10,544 nucleotides of DNA from Candidatus Heimdallarchaeota archaeon (lineage in GTDB: Archaea; Asgardarchaeota; Heimdallarchaeia; Heimdallarchaeales; Heimdallarchaeaceae), in the NCBI GenBank assembly GCA_016839945.1, contig JAEOTE010000109.1:1-10544 (forward strand). The letters run 5' to 3'. Both the position numbers and the translations under genes were made by a program. The notes under the pieces were generated by a model. It did not search any database. It saw only the letters and a list, made by a program, of their open reading frames with translations, and was not told where the DNA came from. Positions 7,317-10,544 of the stretch are shown in pieces. Every line of letters starts with the position of its first letter. Position 1 is the stretch's first letter.

Positions 7317-7487
7317 TTATAGCCACCTAGATAGAACTTCATCTGCACCAAGAATCAGATCTTTTAGCATCTTTCTATCTTCTTTTTCTTCCATTTCTAT
7401 TCTTCTGTGTTCAATCCATTTACCTAGTTTTTCAACAAGAATTTCTTCAAGTTCAACAATTATTCCATCTTTTATGCTTTCTGTCAT
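7317..7487 (-). CDS. Small charged, probably helical protein, 56 aa (MTESIKDGIIVELEEILVEKLGKWIEHRRIEMEEKEDRKMLKDLILGADEVLSRWL); not in the ORF track
   Basis: Manually translated from ATG(7487) to TAA(7317). SD-like TGAGG lies 8 nt upstream. GAA/AAA/ATA-rich codon usage matches neighbouring genes, and the ORF occupies otherwise empty intergenic space. Confidence 0.7.
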   Translation of the reverse strand: MTESIKDGIIVELEEILVEKLGKWIEHRRIEMEEKEDRKMLKDLILGADEVLSRWL

Positions 7488-7759
7488 TTCAAAGCCTCAA
7501 ATAAGCAAATTGATTTCTCTACTAGAATAATAGATTTTTTCAATATATTAGCTTGTAATTCCCCCCTACTATCCACATGATGTAAAGAAAATACAATTGG
7601 GAAATACCTTTTCTTGAAAAAACTTGCCTTATTTAGAACATATTCTACCTTTTTGTCTTTCTCTTTTTCAAAAAAAGCAGAAAAATTTAAAAAAAATAGT
7701 TAAAATAAAACATGTTTCGATAACTATACTGTCTTAACACTAAATCAAATGAGAAGAAA

Positions 7760-9517
7760 GTGAATATTGTGATAAGAATAAGAAAAGGATTGTTTCTAAG
7801 TGTAAGTGTTGTTATGATTGGTTTCTTAATAACCTCTTTCGTATTTTATACCTCTGTCACTCAAGCTTTAACAGAGGATAAATTGAATCTATTTGAATTA
7901 AATTCCTATGATAGATCTTCTTGGAAATGGACAACAACAGAAGTAGTCTCAACAGAAAGTACTAGTGACTGTGATATTTATTATCCAGCATCTATAGCAA
8001 GTGATTCTGAAGGAAACATACATGTAGCTTGGGCAGATGAAACAAACTATTTATCAGCTGGTACAGACATGGATATATTCTATAAACGTTGGAACATTAC
8101 TACCTCTTCCTGGACAACAACTGAAGTAATCTCAACTGAGAGTTCAAGTGATTCAAAATCACCTTCTTTGGCTGTTGACTTATCAGGAAATATTCATGTT
8201 TCATGGGACGATGTTATAGGATCAGATAGAGATATATTTTATAAGCGTTGGAATGCTTCTACTTCCTCCTGGGATAGCATTGAAGTCGTTTCAACTGAAA
8301 GTGGATCTTCTTCTAGATATACTTCTATGGCAGTTGATAGCCTAGAAAATGTGTATGTAGCTTGGGAAGATGGTAGCTCATATGCAGGATCAGGATTAGA
8401 TACTGATATCTTCTGTAAAAAATGGAATGTTACTACTAATTCGTGGAGTACTACAGAAGTTGTTTCAACAGAGAGTACAGCTGATTCGAATTGGCCATCT
8501 CTTGATGTAGATTCTATAGGAAACATACACATAACCTGGCACGATTTAACTAATTATGATTCTTCAGGTTCAGATCAAGACATATTCTATAAGCGTTGGA
8601 ATTCTTCTTCAGAATCTTGGACTACAACAGAAGTAGTTTCAACAGTAAGTACAGATAGTGCATATCTTCCATCTCTTGATACTGATTCTTTCGGGAATGT
8701 ACATATAGCTTGGGATGACTATACCGATTACTCTGGAGCTGGTACAGATCCAGATATTTTCTATAGGTATTGGGATGCTTCTACTTTTTCATGGAAAAAT
8801 ACAGAAGTTGTATCTACCGAAAGTACACTTGATTCTTACGCTGCTTCTCTCAAAGTAGATAAATTTGGTGACATACATATAGCTTGGGAAGATTTTACTA
8901 ATTATGCTAGTAGTGGAGATGATACGGATGTCTTCTATAAATACAAGAATAACCTAATTTCCTCCTGGACAACAACAAAAGTTGTTTCAACAGAAAGTGC
9001 TAATCATGGTGGTTATCCAGCTCTAGATATAGATTCTTTTGGTACTATACATATAAATTGGTTAGATATGTCAAACTATGATTCTAGTGGTTCTGATATT
9101 GATGTTTTCTACAAATGCTTTATCGGACCTCTTCCTGTACCTGAATTAGCTGATATTATACCTAATCCTACTGAATTTCAAACAATTCATCTAGACTGGA
9201 ATGATGTACCTAGAGCAACTTTCTATCTTGTCTATCGCTCTACATCATTCATATATGATGTTGTAGGATTATTTCCGCTTGCTCAGATTTCTGAAAGTGA
9301 ATGGTCGGATTTCTTGATTTCAGAAGGAGAGTACTTTTATGCAGTTGTTGCTGGAAACTCTTTAGTAAACAGTCCTGTGTCTAACTGTGTATCTGTAATA
9401 TTTGATAGTCCCTATATAAGTGAATATGCTGTTATTCCAAGTTTGTTTTTTGGGATTATTGTAGTCTCACTTATAGTCATCAAAATACATAGAAAAAGGT
9501 ATAAAGAAATAGCTTAA
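7760..9517 (+). CDS. Surface protein: signal/TM + seven ~58-aa repeats (predicted 7-bladed beta-propeller) + fibronectin type III-like domain + C-terminal TM anchor
   Basis: Repeat consensus WTTTEVVSTES...PSLxxDSxGNIHxAWxDxTNY..SG.D.DIFYK.WN. FN3-like segment PNP..IHLDWNDV..ATFYLVYRS...GEYFYAVVAGN....SPVSNCVSV. TM helix + HRKRYK. The start could be GTG 7760 or GTG 7769. Confidence 0.85.
   Translation: MNIVIRIRKGLFLSVSVVMIGFLITSFVFYTSVTQALTEDKLNLFELNSYDRSSWKWTTTEVVSTESTSDCDIYYPASIASDSEGNIHVAWADETNYLSAGTDMDIFYKRWNITTSSWTTTEVISTESSSDSKSPSLAVDLSGNIHVSWDDVIGSDRDIFYKRWNASTSSWDSIEVVSTESGSSSRYTSMAVDSLENVYVAWEDGSSYAGSGLDTDIFCKKWNVTTNSWSTTEVVSTESTADSNWPSLDVDSIGNIHITWHDLTNYDSSGSDQDIFYKRWNSSSESWTTTEVVSTVSTDSAYLPSLDTDSFGNVHIAWDDYTDYSGAGTDPDIFYRYWDASTFSWKNTEVVSTESTLDSYAASLKVDKFGDIHIAWEDFTNYASSGDDTDVFYKYKNNLISSWTTTKVVSTESANHGGYPALDIDSFGTIHINWLDMSNYDSSGSDIDVFYKCFIGPLPVPELADIIPNPTEFQTIHLDWNDVPRATFYLVYRSTSFIYDVVGLFPLAQISESEWSDFLISEGEYFYAVVAGNSLVNSPVSNCVSVIFDSPYISEYAVIPSLFFGIIVVSLIVIKIHRKRYKEIA
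7928..9120 (+). repeat. Seven degenerate intragenic tandem repeats, unit about 174 nt
   Basis: Trp codons starting each unit lie at 7928, 8111, 8270, 8444, 8618, 8792 and 8966 (spacings 183, 159, 174, 174, 174, 174). Confidence 0.92.
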
Positions 9518-9534
9518 GCAATTTCTTTTTTCTT
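9503..9534 (+). terminator. Inverted repeat over the stop codon running into a T-tract
   Basis: AAAGAAAT-A-GCTTAAGC-A-ATTTCTTT (9503-9528), with T6 at 9526-9531. Confidence 0.5.
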
Positions 9535-9716
9535 GCCTTACATCTTTTTCAACCTACCTTCTAGTATCCTCTTTTTTTAGATGGGGTTCCTTTTAAGAAG
9601 AAAATACCTCTGTTTCCACTGGAATTGACTACAAGAAAGAAATATTTTGAAACACCGTAGATTATATATATTAGCACTTCAAGATTCTTTATAATTAATT
9701 CAACTTGATGATTAAA

Positions 9717-10544
9717 ATGAATAAAAATGATATCATTTCTATAATAAGTATCATAGTTACTGCAGCTATTGCAACAGGTTTAGCATTTGCTGGAAGTCAA
9801 GGAGGATTAATACTTTTTGGGAGAATTCCATTATTTGCATTGTGTATAATTATTGTTTTTGCAATTCAGTGGATTGTATTCATTCCATCTTATTTTCTAA
9901 AAACAGAAAAATTCTTTGACTTAACTGGTGCTCTAACTTACATAACAGTAATCATACTAGCAGTAGTTCTAGGTTCAGGTTTTACTGTTAGATCTACAAT
10001 CTTAATGGTATTAGTTATAATCTGGGCTTCTCGACTTGGTTTTTACTTATTCAGACGTGTTCTAAAAGTGGGTGAGGATAAGAGATTTGAAGAAATCAAG
10101 AAATCTTTCCTTCGATTCTTAATGACTTGGACACTTCAAGGAATATGGATTAGTTTCACTATATCAGCAGCTTTAGCTGCAGTTACAATTGTAGATTCAA
10201 TTCCATATGGTGCATATGATTGGGTACTACTTGTAATCGGTGGACTAGTTTGGTTGGTTGGATTCAGTTTTGAAGCAATTGCTGATTATCAGAAAAACAA
10301 ATTCAGAGCTGTTCCTGAAAATAAAGGTAAATTCATAACCTCTGGATTGTGGTCTATTTCCAGACATCCTAATTACTTTGGTGAGATTGTCATTTGGATT
10401 GGAGTTGCCTTGATAGCATTACCAACTCTTGCAACTTGGAGATTTGTAGCATTAATTTCCCCAGTATATATAATATTACAATTAACATTAATCAGTGGAG
10501 TATCAATGTTAGAAAAGAGAGCAGACAAGAAGTGGGGAGGACAA
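9717..10544 (+). CDS. DUF1295-family polytopic membrane protein (steroid 5-alpha-reductase/ICMT-like superfamily), 3'-truncated; not in the ORF track
   Basis: Open from ATG 9717 (or in-frame ATG 9708) to the window end. Motifs TEKFFDLTG, WASRLG, GEDKRF, FLMTWTLQGIW, FEAIADYQK, FITSGLWSISRHPNYFGEIVIW, SGVSMLEKRADKKWG. TATA-like TTTATAAT at 9688-9695. Confidence 0.9.
   Translation, partial: MNKNDIISIISIIVTAAIATGLAFAGSQGGLILFGRIPLFALCIIIVFAIQWIVFIPSYFLKTEKFFDLTGALTYITVIILAVVLGSGFTVRSTILMVLVIIWASRLGFYLFRRVLKVGEDKRFEEIKKSFLRFLMTWTLQGIWISFTISAALAAVTIVDSIPYGAYDWVLLVIGGLVWLVGFSFEAIADYQKNKFRAVPENKGKFITSGLWSISRHPNYFGEIVIWIGVALIALPTLATWRFVALISPVYIILQLTLISGVSMLEKRADKKWGGQ

Noticed and set aside
7749-7763. 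Four-codon uORF (MRRK*) overlapping GTG 7760, or a frameshifted original start
   Set aside because: Such tiny ORFs are common by chance, and the downstream gene already has a basic n-region (IRIRK). It cannot be supported without homolog alignment.
8239-8532. 97-aa minus-strand ORF
   Set aside because: Antisense to the repeat protein; its internal repetition simply mirrors the sense repeats.
7928-9120. CRISPR array or non-coding tandem repeat
   Set aside because: The repeats are degenerate, in-frame and about 174 nt long; they are protein repeats with no spacer structure.
9535-9700. Possible small ORF or ncRNA in the intergenic gap; short words (CTTGCCTTA, GAAATACCT-like) shared with 7560-7680
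   Set aside because: No convincing ORF or stable GC-rich structure; the shared words are short, not colinear, and expected in AT-rich DNA.

Overview
AT-rich archaeal-type window, most likely Asgard/Heimdallarchaeia-like. That assignment is inferred from the gene repertoire, TATA/BRE promoters and oligo-T terminators. It reads as a cell-surface gene cluster. In order: a 5'-truncated TPR protein; two tandem paralogous secreted right-handed beta-helix (NosD/CASH-type) proteins; a winged-helix regulator transcribed divergently from a membrane-anchored beta-lactamase-family serine hydrolase with a coupled small membrane protein; a 56-aa minus-strand ORF missing from the ORF track; a seven-repeat predicted beta-propeller + FN3-like surface protein; and a 3'-truncated DUF1295 membrane protein, also missing from the track. 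Three signals stand out. (1) A three-half-site palindromic candidate operator (ATGAAAAC/GTTTTCAT) lies between the divergent TATA boxes of the regulator and the hydrolase. (2) An 85-bp block is nearly identical (82/85) between the otherwise diverged beta-helix paralogs, which also share an ungapped promoter/leader; this suggests gene conversion or cassette exchange. (3) All four exported proteins end in a similar motif + TM helix + basic tail, a candidate CTERM-like sorting signal. No RNA genes, CRISPR arrays or mobile elements were seen.
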